Part shown: in pieces, positions 23,795 through 33,762 of the stretch | How the letters are laid out: every line of letters starts with the position of its first letter | Position numbering within the stretch: position 1 is the stretch's first letter | Origin: an uncultured Gammaproteobacteria bacterium | GTDB taxonomy: Bacteria > Pseudomonadota > Gammaproteobacteria > UBA9214 | Length of the DNA stretch: 64,000 bases | Direction of reading: 5' to 3' | Assembly: GCA_963712695.1 (NCBI GenBank) | Contig: CAVQJD010000007.1 | Location: forward strand, 3,221-67,220 | Notes under the pieces: model-generated | What the model was told of the DNA's origin: nothing | Seen by the model: the letters and a program-made list of their open reading frames with translations, nothing else | The model's database searches: none | Translations under genes and position numbers: made by a program

Positions 23795-25774
23795 GTGTAC
23801 GCCAGCTCTACAAACTGCCGCCTATGGTGGCCTTTCCTCCTGCTGTTACCCTTATTCCTGGCACTGATCACCGTCGGCCGCACCGCGGAGCCAGAGCCGG
23901 TCGGAGCCCGACTACGGGCCGCCTGGTCAGACACGGCATCGTGGTCGATTTCGAGGCACTGCCGCTCGCAGGCAACGATCAGGGCCTCATGGAAGGGCAA
24001 CTGGCCGAGATCCGCTTCCGACTCACCGAGGAAGCGACCGGCGCACCGGTCCGGGGTATTACGCCCGGCGCCTGGATGGACATGGGTGAAGTCATCCAGG
24101 GCCAGTCGGGGGCCGAGCAGAAAACCTGCAAGGAAAAGATCGCGCTCTATCTCAAGGGTGTGGTCGGCATCCGCCCCATGATCGACCTCAACAGCTACTA
24201 TGTACTGATCCTCAACAAGGAACCGAGTATCTCCGTCGTTGATCCGCTGGTATCGATGGTGGGCAAGACCAGCACCCTGGCGAATATCCGTCTCGAGGCC
24301 GCGGGGGCCGACTGGGCCAGCAGCGCGGACGAAAAGCGTGTCTTCGTGAGCATGCCCAAGGCCGGCAAGGTGGCACTGCTGGATACCAGCAAGTTCAAGG
24401 TGACCGACAACATCCCGGCCGGCAGTGCACCGACCCGGGTGGCCCTGCAACCCGATGGACGCTATCTCTGGGTCGGTAACAACGCGCCAACCGCGGATGC
24501 CAGCGGGGTCACCGTTATCGACACTGGCACGCTGGAATCCCTGGCCACCTTACCCACCGGGGCCGGACATCACGAGATCGCCTTCACCGCCGACAGCCGT
24601 TATGCCTTCGTGAGCAATCGCGATGCCGGCACGGTCAGTGTCATCGACGTCCAGTCACGCACCGTGCTGAAGAACATCGAGACCGGCCCGCTGCCCATTT
24701 CGCTCGCCTATTCAGCGCTGTCCCGGGCGCTGTACGTCGCCGACGGCAAGGACGGCCACATCAGCGTGATCGACACCGAGCAGTTCAAGGTGCAAAAACG
24801 GATCGAGGCCAGTCCCGGGCTGGGACCGTTGCGTTTCGCACCGGACGGCCGCTATGCCGTGGTGGTCAACCCCAGCCAGGAAACGGTCTACGTAATCGAC
24901 GCGGCGGCCAACGAAATCGTGCACCGCATCGCCGTGACCGGGCAGCCCTACCAGGTCGTGTTCAGCCGTGCCTTTGCCTACGTGCGCCCGCTTGCCAGCC
25001 AGAGCATCTCCATGATCGACCTGAAGCAGTCTCGGGGCGGGCAAGCAGCCGATCGTGAAAAGCTTCGAGGCAGGCAGCGTAGCACCCAGCCTGGCCGGTG
25101 ACCTGTCGCTGGCCGACTCGCTGGCCGCGACCAGCAGCGAGGCAGCCATGTTCATCGTCAACCCGGGAGACAACACCACCTATGTCTACATGGAAGGCAT
25201 GAACGCACCGTCCAGCAACTACTCGGTGCGCGGTGCCAGCGCGCGCGGCGTGATGGTCGTTGATCGCAGTCTGCACGAAATCGAGCCGGGGTTGTTTTCC
25301 GCCAAGGTGAAGCTTCCCGCCCCCGGCCGCTACGATGTGGCGTTCCTGCTGGATACGCCACAGATCCTGCATTGTTTTTCGGCAGAAGCACAGCCCGATC
25401 CCCGGATTGATCATGCCACCACGCCACTGACCATCGAATACCTGCTGCAAGACCGGCGCATGCATCTCGACACCCCGGCGCCACTACGCTTCCGGCTCGT
25501 CGATCCGCATACCGGCCAGCCCATGACCGGGTTGAAGGACGTGGGCGTGCGCTACTTCCGGGTACCCGGCACTGACCGCAAGGAGATGCGTGCCAGTGAG
25601 GAAGGTGACGGCGTGTACCGGGCCGATCTGGCACTGTCGCATCCGGGTGCCTATTACGTGCACGTGGGTGTGCCCTCCGTGGGCATCGCCTACCAGGATC
25701 TGCCCTACTTCACCCTGGTCGCCGTCCAGACCGCGGCCGGTGCACAACGCACGCCACAGGAGACATCGCCATGA
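23795..25774 (+). CDS. Secreted YVTN-type beta-propeller repeat protein with two apparent frameshifts.
   Basis: ORF 23795 has the signal peptide WPFLLLLPLFLALITVG. ORF 23824-25101 has repeated about 40-aa YVTN-like blades (RYLWVGNN..., RYAFVSNRDAGTVSVID, ALYVADGKDGHISVID, RYAVVVNPSQETVYVID). The tail continues in ORF 25055-25774. Confidence 0.5.
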
Positions 25775-26739
25775 ACCTGCGCCTGACTGGCGCCCTCTGC
25801 GCCCTCGTCCTGGGATTCGGCCCGTTGCCGGGTGTACTGGCCGATGCCTTCGGCCTGGCGGCCCGGGTCAACGGCATGGAGATCTCCAGCGAAAAGCTCG
25901 AGAAGAGCTTTGAGGAATACCTGCGCGAGAACAACGTGAACGTGGGCGCCATTCGCTATCCCGATCGATACAAGGCCATGAAGCGGGAGACGCTCGACTT
26001 GCTTATCGACCAGCTACTGCTGTGGCAGGCGGCTCAGGACAGCGACATGGTAGCGACACCTGCAGAAGTCAGCGCCGCGTTCGATGACATGCGTGCCCAG
26101 TTCAAGTCGGCGGAGAACTTTCGCGACCGGCTCGCTGCCGAAGGTTACAGTGAGGACAGTTACCGGGAACACCTCAAGCAGCTGGTCTCGGCCAGCAAGT
26201 ACCTGGAGAGCCTGAGCGGCGACATCGGAGTGAGCGATACGGAAGTACACGACTTCTATACCCGGAACCCGGATAAATTCCAGGTGCCCGAAGTCGTCCG
26301 GGCGCGCCACATCCTGATCAAGCTGGATGCCTCGCACTCCGATGAGGAGCAGCGCGGCAGGCGCAAGCAGATCGAGGACATCCTGGCACAGGCACGCGCG
26401 GGTGCCGACTTCGCCCGGCTCGCCAGCGAGCATTCAGAAGATACCAGCGCCGCCCAGGGCGGTGACCTCGGCTACTTTCCGCGCGGGAGAATGGTAAAAC
26501 CGTTCGAGGACGCCGCGTTCGGTTTGCAGCCGGGCGAGCTGTCCGGGGTAGTGGAAACCCCGTTCGGCCTGCACATCATCAAGCTGGAGGAGCGTCACGC
26601 GCCAACGATACTGCCCGAAGCCGATGCCCGCGAACGGATTACCGGGTATCTCACGGCGCTGAAGCGTGAACAGGCCGTATCCACCGGCATGGAAACGCTG
26701 CGTTCCAGCGCCAAAATTGAAATACTGGTACCGTTATGA
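25771..26739 (+). CDS. Parvulin-type peptidyl-prolyl cis-trans isomerase, a SurA/PpiD/PrsA-like periplasmic chaperone.
   Basis: Signal peptide and a chaperone-like N-domain. The parvulin domain contains ARHILIK, GGDLGYFPRGRMVKPFEDAAF and GVVETPFGLHIIK. The start overlaps the upstream stop by 4 nt. Confidence 0.7.
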   Translation: MNLRLTGALCALVLGFGPLPGVLADAFGLAARVNGMEISSEKLEKSFEEYLRENNVNVGAIRYPDRYKAMKRETLDLLIDQLLLWQAAQDSDMVATPAEVSAAFDDMRAQFKSAENFRDRLAAEGYSEDSYREHLKQLVSASKYLESLSGDIGVSDTEVHDFYTRNPDKFQVPEVVRARHILIKLDASHSDEEQRGRRKQIEDILAQARAGADFARLASEHSEDTSAAQGGDLGYFPRGRMVKPFEDAAFGLQPGELSGVVETPFGLHIIKLEERHAPTILPEADARERITGYLTALKREQAVSTGMETLRSSAKIEILVPL

Positions 26740-28097
26740 AACACCCTGCCGCACGGAGCGTAACCGGATTGCCGAAGCCCTGCTTGCACCCTGCGCACCT
26801 GCCGGTCGCGCTGCTGATGCTGGTCCTGCTGGCGCCAGCGGCCGTGCAGGCGGCTGAGGAGCACCACCATCATCTGCACCCCGAGCCGGTTTCCGCCGCT
26901 GACCCGCACGCGCACCACCGGGCCATGCTCGAGCAGGCACAGCCGGGGCCTGCCACCGCCACCGATGTCACACTGCACAATGCGACGCTGCTGACCCAGA
27001 ACGGCACGCAGGTGCGGTTCGCCAGCGAGGTCATCGCTGACCGCATCGTGGTAATGGACTTCGTCTACACCACCTGTACCACCGTGTGCCCGGTGCTGTC
27101 CGCGGTCTTCGGCCAGGTGCAGGAACGTCTGGGCGACCGGCTCGGACAGGAGGTGTCGCTGGTATCAGTCAGTGTTGACCCCGTTCGCGACACACCGCCA
27201 CGACTCAAGGCCTACGCCGACCGGCACCGCGCACAGGATGGCTGGATCTGGCTCACCGGGGATAAATCGCAGGTGGACCAGGTGCTGACCGGGCTTGGTG
27301 CCTACGCGCCGCGTTTCGAGGACCATCCGGCCATGGTCCTGGTGGGCGATGGACGTTCCGGGACCTGGATCCGTTTCTTCGGCTTCCCGGGCACGGACCA
27401 GATCCTGGCTGCGGTGGATGAACTCTCGGCGGCCCGGCAGGCGTGCCGCCCAACACCTGCAGGAGTAATGCACCATGCGCACGTTTTTCAGCTTGTTTCT
27501 CACTTTCGCCCTGGCCTGGCTAGCGCCTGCCGTGTCCGCAGCACCACGCAGACGACGGGCGGCGCGGCGGCGACACCCGCTGCGCCAACCCAGGCCGACG
27601 CTGACGAGGCCTCGCGTCAGTACTTCACGGACCTGAAGCTGGTCACCCAGGACGGCAAGGATGTGCGCTTCTTCAGCGATGTCCTGCAAGACAGGATCGT
27701 GCTCATCAATTTCATCTTCACCCACTGTGAGGGTGCCTGCCCGCTGATGACCCGCAAGCTCAAATCGAGCCGTGACCTGCTCGACGCACCATTGCGTGCC
27801 AGGGTGCATTTCGTCTCCATCAGCATCGACCCGGAACGTGACACGCCGGCGGCGATGAAGGCATTTGCCACCCAACACGAACTCGCCGACGACAAGAACT
27901 GGCTGTTTCTCACCGGTGATCCGCAAAACGTGAACCAGATCGTCAGGAAGCTCGGCCAGTACACGCCGGACGTCGAGGAGCACTCGACACTGGTGCTGGC
28001 CGGCAATGTCAGGGATCACTACTGGATGAAGATCTCGCCCATGGTGCCGGCGGAGGGTATCGCGGACAAGCTGCGCCTGCTGGCACAGGAGCAGTGA
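26736..28097 (+). CDS. Tandem double SCO1/SenC copper-chaperone protein with a His-rich N-terminal segment.
   Basis: The His-rich stretch is EEHHHHLHPEPVSAADPHAHH. Two Sco-type thioredoxin-fold domains carry CTTVCP...DPVRDTP...GWIWLTG and HCEGACP...DPERDTP...NWLFLTG. It overlaps the upstream gene end, so it sits in the same operon. Confidence 0.7.
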   Translation: MKHPAARSVTGLPKPCLHPAHLPVALLMLVLLAPAAVQAAEEHHHHLHPEPVSAADPHAHHRAMLEQAQPGPATATDVTLHNATLLTQNGTQVRFASEVIADRIVVMDFVYTTCTTVCPVLSAVFGQVQERLGDRLGQEVSLVSVSVDPVRDTPPRLKAYADRHRAQDGWIWLTGDKSQVDQVLTGLGAYAPRFEDHPAMVLVGDGRSGTWIRFFGFPGTDQILAAVDELSAARQACRPTPAGVMHHAHVFQLVSHFRPGLASACRVRSTTQTTGGAAATPAAPTQADADEASRQYFTDLKLVTQDGKDVRFFSDVLQDRIVLINFIFTHCEGACPLMTRKLKSSRDLLDAPLRARVHFVSISIDPERDTPAAMKAFATQHELADDKNWLFLTGDPQNVNQIVRKLGQYTPDVEEHSTLVLAGNVRDHYWMKISPMVPAEGIADKLRLLAQEQ

Positions 28098-29738
28098 GGC
28101 GCATCATCACGGCCAGGCGCCGGACGCGTCCCTGGTCAACGGCTGCGCTGGCCCTGTTGCTCGCCGGCACTGTCGCGGCCACCCCACTCTCGCCCCAGGA
28201 ACAGCGCGGCAAGCAGATCTATATCCACGGCACCAGCGCCGCCGGCACGGCTATCACCGCGCACGTGGGCACGCAGGCGGTTGCATTGCCCGCGAGCGCG
28301 ATACCCTGCGCCAGCTGCCATGGCCCCGACGGACGCGGTCGCCCCGAAGGCGGCGTGAACCCGACCGACATCACCTGGCAGAACCTCACCAAACACTATG
28401 GCCACCGGCACGACTTCGGCCGCCAGCACCCGGCTTTCGACACGGCTTCACTGGCGGCCGCAATCACCCGGGGGATTGATCCGGCCGGCAACCGGCTGGA
28501 TGCGGCCATGCCACTCTACAGCATGGAACCGGACGACCTGGCTGCCCTGATCGCCTATCTGAAGTGCATCGAGACCGACAGCGACCGCGGCCTCTCTGCA
28601 ACAAACATCCGACTGGCCACGCAGCTGCCCCTGTCGGGTCGTCTGGCTGGACTGGGCGAGGCCATGCGTGCGGTCATGCTGGCCTATTTCGCGGAGCTCA
28701 ACGCGGCCGGTGGCATCCACGGCCGCCACCTCGAACTCGTGGTCATCCCGTTCGGCGACTCGCCGCGCACGGCGCTGACCAATCTCGAGCAGGGCCTGGC
28801 CGAACAGGAAATCTTCGCCCTGGTCGGCAGCTACAGCGTAGGCCTGGAAGACGAGACGGCACGGCTGATGGAACAGCAAGCAGCTACCCCTGGTCGGTCC
28901 CTTCACCCTGCAGCCGCAGTCCGGCGAGGGCCTGGACCGCCACACCTTCTATCTGTATCCCGGGCAGGAACAACGGGTGCGGGTACTGGTCGATGTCGCG
29001 GGCGACAGGAAGTCAGCGCGGGCGCCCCGCCTCGCCGTTGCAGGCCCCGACACGCCCACCCTCGCCAGGCTTGGCCAGGTGATCACAGAGCAGGCACGCC
29101 GTCACGGCTGGGACACGGTACAGACTTTCGCTTATCCGCCCGGCCAGCTGGTCCCGGCGCAGCTGGCCGCGGCACTGCAGGATGCAGGGCGTACCGCGCT
29201 GTTTTTCTTCGGCACCAGCGACGAGCTGAATGCCTTGCTCGTCACCCTGGGTGAATCAGACCAGCCACCGGCGGTTTATCTGCTCTCAAGCCTGGCGACG
29301 CCTGCCCTGCTCACCGCCCCGGCGGTGTTCGACCAGCGGATCTTTATTGCCTACCCGACGCTGCCGCGTGACGTAACAGCGCGCGGCCAGCAGGACTACA
29401 ACGCACTCAGGCAGAAATACGATCTGCCCGAGGCACACGTCTCGGGACAGATCGCCGCCTACGCCGCCGCCAGAACGCTCGTGGAAGGCCTGAAACGCGC
29501 CGGCAGGGATCTGAGCAGGCAAGGGCTGGTCAGTGCACTGGAAGGCCTGTACCGTTTCGACACCGGACTCACCCCGCCGCTGACCTACAATGCGAATCGT
29601 CGCATCGGGGCACTGGGTGCCCATGTGGTCGCAGTGCAGCTCGCAGCCGGGGGCTACGCTCCCGGTGGGCGCGTGGCAACCGCTCGATTAGCCGTGCAGG
29701 TGCAGCGCACAACTCCGCTGGTGAGATATACGGGCTAA
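28094..29738 (+). CDS. Cytochrome c domain fused to a LivK-like type-I periplasmic binding protein (branched-chain amino acid binding-protein fold). One apparent frameshift near 28900-29000.
   Basis: The N-terminus has a signal peptide and CASCH haem-binding site with c-type context. PBP-like sequence then follows (LSGRLAGLGEAMRAVMLAYFAELNAAGGIHGRHLELVVIPFGD...) and continues in ORF 28977-29738 (LSSLATPALLTAPAVFDQRIFIAYPTLPRD...). Confidence 0.55.
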
Positions 29739-30598
29739 CGATCGGACTGGCCGGTGCTCAGATAGGCCTGCCAGAAGCGGGCGGCGCCATCGATGTTGCG
29801 CCATACCGGGCTCTGTAACACCGCATCGTCGAACACCCGCGGCCATTGCGGCGGCTGGGGCTCGACCCGGGCACGAATGGTGTGCATGTCCTTGAAGCCA
29901 TACACGTAGTCGTCCTCGAAGGTGACCTGCCGGACATGCTCAAAGTCGTGAGCGTACGATGTCTCACCAAGAAAGCGATAGATACCCTCCAGCGTCGCCT
30001 GCGGCGCACGTGTCAGCGCGTCGTAATCAACGAAGTGCATGCGGTCCTTCCAGCCGCGGGTGACGGCATCGCGAATGGCGTTGTACGCCCGGCCGACCGG
30101 TTGCGCATCGTCTGCGAATACCTCCACGCGACCCAGCGCCGTTTTGAATTTCAGGGCGGTGGCCGCTTCCTGCGGCAACTGCCCGAGCGCCGAGGTCTTG
30201 CGATAGAGCTGCTCGAAAGACGCCAGCACATCGCGCAAGTCCCGCACCGTCACCAGGACTTTCACCCGCTCCCTGCCACCCACCAGCACCGCCGCCATTT
30301 CCAGGAACTCCGCCCAGTACCGGTTCTTGTCGATGCACAGCGGCTGACTGACATGCGCGAAGTACGCCTGCAGCATCGCCCGCAGCACGCGTTCCTTGAC
30401 CTGCTCGCTCAGGCCGTGCGCCATCGCCTGGAAGGCATCGTTGCGGTCCCAGCCGTTGCGCACCGTCACCAGCATGTCGACGATGCCCGACGTCGGGGTC
30501 ACGTGCACGCGGGGATTTTGTGCGAGTATGTTCGCCAGCAGCGTCGAACCGCTGCGTGGCAACCCGGCGAGAAAGTAGATGGTCTTGTCGCTCGTCAT
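29735..30598 (-). CDS. Sulfotransferase-family protein.
   Basis: It carries the 5'-PSB-like P-loop GLPRSGSTLL near the N-terminus and the 3'-PB-like RDxxD region RDLRDVLASF. Met at 30598 is the likely start. Confidence 0.55.
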   Translation of the reverse strand: MTSDKTIYFLAGLPRSGSTLLANILAQNPRVHVTPTSGIVDMLVTVRNGWDRNDAFQAMAHGLSEQVKERVLRAMLQAYFAHVSQPLCIDKNRYWAEFLEMAAVLVGGRERVKVLVTVRDLRDVLASFEQLYRKTSALGQLPQEAATALKFKTALGRVEVFADDAQPVGRAYNAIRDAVTRGWKDRMHFVDYDALTRAPQATLEGIYRFLGETSYAHDFEHVRQVTFEDDYVYGFKDMHTIRARVEPQPPQWPRVFDDAVLQSPVWRNIDGAARFWQAYLSTGQSDR

Positions 30599-30680
30599 GA
30601 TGCCGTCCCTGGCTGCCGTTTGTGATACAGACATACGTTGCAGCCCGCGCAACCGTACCCGTTCCGTTAGTAATCTGTGT

Positions 30681-32616
30681 TCATTTTACAGGGCGCGGGG
30701 CTGATCGCGCAGTGGCGGACTTGCGGCGTGCGACGACTGTCATGCCCACCAGGCCGCCGAGGAACAGCCAGACACTTGCGGGCAGCGGCACAGGTGCCGC
30801 TGTAAAGAATAATTGCAGGTCCCATTCAGGGGTGAGCAGCACCTCGAAGTCCAGCCCCAGCCCCGGGTTCAGGTCCGGAAAACTGAAGAAAATATTGTCA
30901 AAGCCGCTCGCATGCTGTGCGAACAGGAAGTCGACATGCTCACCGATGCCGGGCTGGTAGCCATTCAGGCTGAACATGATCTGACTGTTCGGACCGAAGT
31001 CGATGTTGCCCAGGATATTAACGCTGTCGAAGTCGAACAGACCCAGCTCGAAGCTCACGGAGCCGTTAAAGTCGACGTTGCCACCAAAGGTCAGCGTTCC
31101 GAAAATATCGCTCGCATCGCTGGCTGCGCTGTCTCCCGGATTGACACTCGCCGGGGCATCGATCGTTACCGGTTGGGCAGTGGAGGTGATCACGCCTGTG
31201 CCCGTCAGGCTGCCGCCGCTGAGCGTGACCGCCGCCTGGGTGAGACTGCCATCGACCCGCGTGCTGCCTGCACCCTGTGTAAAACTGCCACTGCCGGTGA
31301 CGGCGCCAGTCACGGTCACTTCGAATGCACCGCTGTTAACCAGGCTGCCGGCATTGTTCAGGCTGCCGGCATTGACCAGCACGGCACCCGGGTTATTGGT
31401 CAGCGTGGCGGCGAGGCTGTTCCTCAGCGCGGCACCCGGAGCGCTGATCAGGACCGCGCCGGACTGATTGGTCAGAGTGACATAATTGTTCAGGTCCCGG
31501 TTGTTGACCAGGGAACCTGCATTAGCCAGGGAACCGTAATTGATCAGTGCGCCGTGATTGGTTACCGCGCCCGTGTTGGTCACGGTATCCAGATTCGCCA
31601 GGCTGGCGCCGGCGCTATTGGTGAATGTTCCTGTGTTATCGAAGTGACCGTAATTATTCAGACGCACGCCATTGGTCAGGCTGCCGCCTGACTGGTTGTG
31701 GAGGGTCCCGCCGTTGTACATGCTGTGCGTGATCAGCACGCCGGCATTGGCGAGTGTTCCATAATTGGTCAGGTAACCGCTGCTGGTGAGGCTGCCGCCG
31801 GACTGGTTGGCCAGGGTAGCGCCATCCTCGTTAACCAGCGTGTCACTGCTGGTCAATACGCCACTGTTAGACAGGTTACCGTAGTTGTACAGGCGATAAC
31901 TGTTGGACAGGGTGCCTGCGAACTGATTGATCAGGGTGGCGCCGGCCTCGTTGAAAAAATCGCCGCCGTTATTCAATGCACCCGTGTTGCTGAGGCTGCC
32001 GTAATTAGCTCAGATAGTTGCTGTTCGACAGCGTTGCACCGGACTGGTTGGACAGGTGGCGCCGTACGCGTTAACCAGCTTGACATTGTTAGTCAGCAAA
32101 CCCGCGTTGATCAGTGTGCCGGCATTGGCAAACAGGTAGTTGTTCGTGGTGCTGCCGCCGGTGCCGTTGGTCAGCATGCCTGCCGCCAGGTTATACAATG
32201 CTCCGGTATTTTCCAGCATGCCGTAGTTGCTGAAGGCTCCGCTGTTATTCGTAGTGCCACCGGACTGGTTGTTCAGTGACGCGCCAGCCAGGTTGCCGAG
32301 GTTGCCGGCGTTGTTCAGCAGGCCGGCGTTGTCGAGACTGCCAGTGTTCGCGAGGTCGCCAGTGGTCTGGATGTCGAGCTGACCACTGGCAGTGATCAGG
32401 CACGAAACATTATTGGTATCCAGTGTGCCAAGACTCACCTGACCGGTGATAGGACAATCGAGCTGTGCCTGGACGATCGGACTGACCGAGTACCCCGGCG
32501 CCGAGCGCCAGCGTCAGCCTGATAGCCCGGTCGAGGTGACGAAGCCGAAACACCGGCTGGCAGTGCCGTTTATGGTATTGCTTGTCACTGCTATTGCTGA
32601 ACACGCTGAGATCCAA
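30681..32616 (-). CDS. Large secreted repeat protein of autotransporter-associated beta-strand-repeat type with a C-terminal PEP-CTERM (VPLPA) anchor. It is frameshifted near 32000-32040.
   Basis: Dozens of degenerate 20-aa repeats of the form N-x-G-x-L-x-N-x-G-x-L-x-N-x-x-x (for example NSGALTNYGTLANAGVL). The C-terminus is VPLPASVWLFLGGLVGMTVVARRKSA. The N-terminal pieces are ORFs 32010-32438 and 32410-32616, with signal-like LTLALGAGVLGQS. Confidence 0.5.
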
Positions 32617-32639
32617 CCTGAAACGTCTTGTTATAGTTA

Positions 32640-33762
32640 TCGAGTGGCCTGAACGGTAACCACCCTGCTGTCCGGAGCTTCCGGGTCGGAAGGACAGAGG
32701 ACCTTTATTTATGGTTTATTAATACCCTGAACAAATATTGCATACCCCTCCACTTGACATCAAGACTATTTTTCAGTAATCGATGACGCCCCGCGTCGCC
32801 CGGTGCAGGGTCAAGTCACCTGCAGCGCGGCCTGTTAGCGGGTGGCTGACAGGCGGCGAACGCAACTGCTGTTTTGCCCTGTCCGGCGTAATGGACGGCG
32901 CTGTGACTGATCAGTACCCTCCACTCGCAAGTGCAGCGCCAGTGTGCTTCGTAAAATGTAAATAGCAAAAAGATTATCTATAAACCGCTATTTAATTAAT
33001 TCAGTATCAGGCACCGGCTGATAAGTCGGAAATTCTTACATGCTTAAATTCTGACTTGAATTGTTAGCTACTGATTTTTATGTATTTAACTGAAAATGTC
33101 GTTCGACCTGTCGGTTGAAATGTCACAATTGTTTACAAATCAATTTGCCCGCGCTTCCGTAGAAAATACCATCTCAACTGCAAGAAGCTGATCTAACGAT
33201 AAAAAATATTTCTGGCCTAATATTTGCCTTGATTTAACCAATAATAGCTGTCTCCGAATGGTGACGGTCGAACCTGATTGACTGGACAGATGCAAACTGA
33301 ACAAATAGTTTCGTATTGCTATTCACTGCGTGCGCACAGATTTACTATTTTCAAAATAAATAACAATGGCTTTCATGCGAAATACCGGAACAGGACTGAC
33401 AAAGCTGCCCGTTTTCATGATCAGAACGGGCACACGGGTGTGTCACAAATGACACATCTGTCTGCGATAAACTGCCACATCTGTCAGAATTGTCAGGATT
33501 GACTGTCGGGATGTGGCAACAGGCAACAGAATTTTGACATTAATCGATTTATAACCACTTGTTAACTATGGACTTACTGCGTGACCTAACTAATGACACA
33601 AAATCGGCACTGAAATTGCAGCACGGGTTATATGCGCTACCAGCTGTAAGTTTGTCATAAGCCGGAACGAAACGATGAAAATGAACTAACGATTTATGGT
33701 TGTTTTTTACTGAACTGAAACTTCCAAACGACAACCTCATGTACAGGGGAGAGGAGATTACG
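32640..33762. promoter_or_regulatory. AT-rich non-coding region of ~1.1 kb upstream of the third MCO gene. It holds clustered TGTCA/TGACA motifs and repeated CACATCTGTC elements.
   Basis: No ORF of at least 60 aa fits the local codon bias. GC is far below the flanks. Between 33430 and 33530 it reads gtgtgTCACAAATGACAcatctgtctgcg...ccacatctgtcagaattgtcaggattgactgtcgg. This includes the perfect inverted repeat TGTCA-N4-TGACA and two direct CACATCTGTC copies. Confidence 0.35.
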
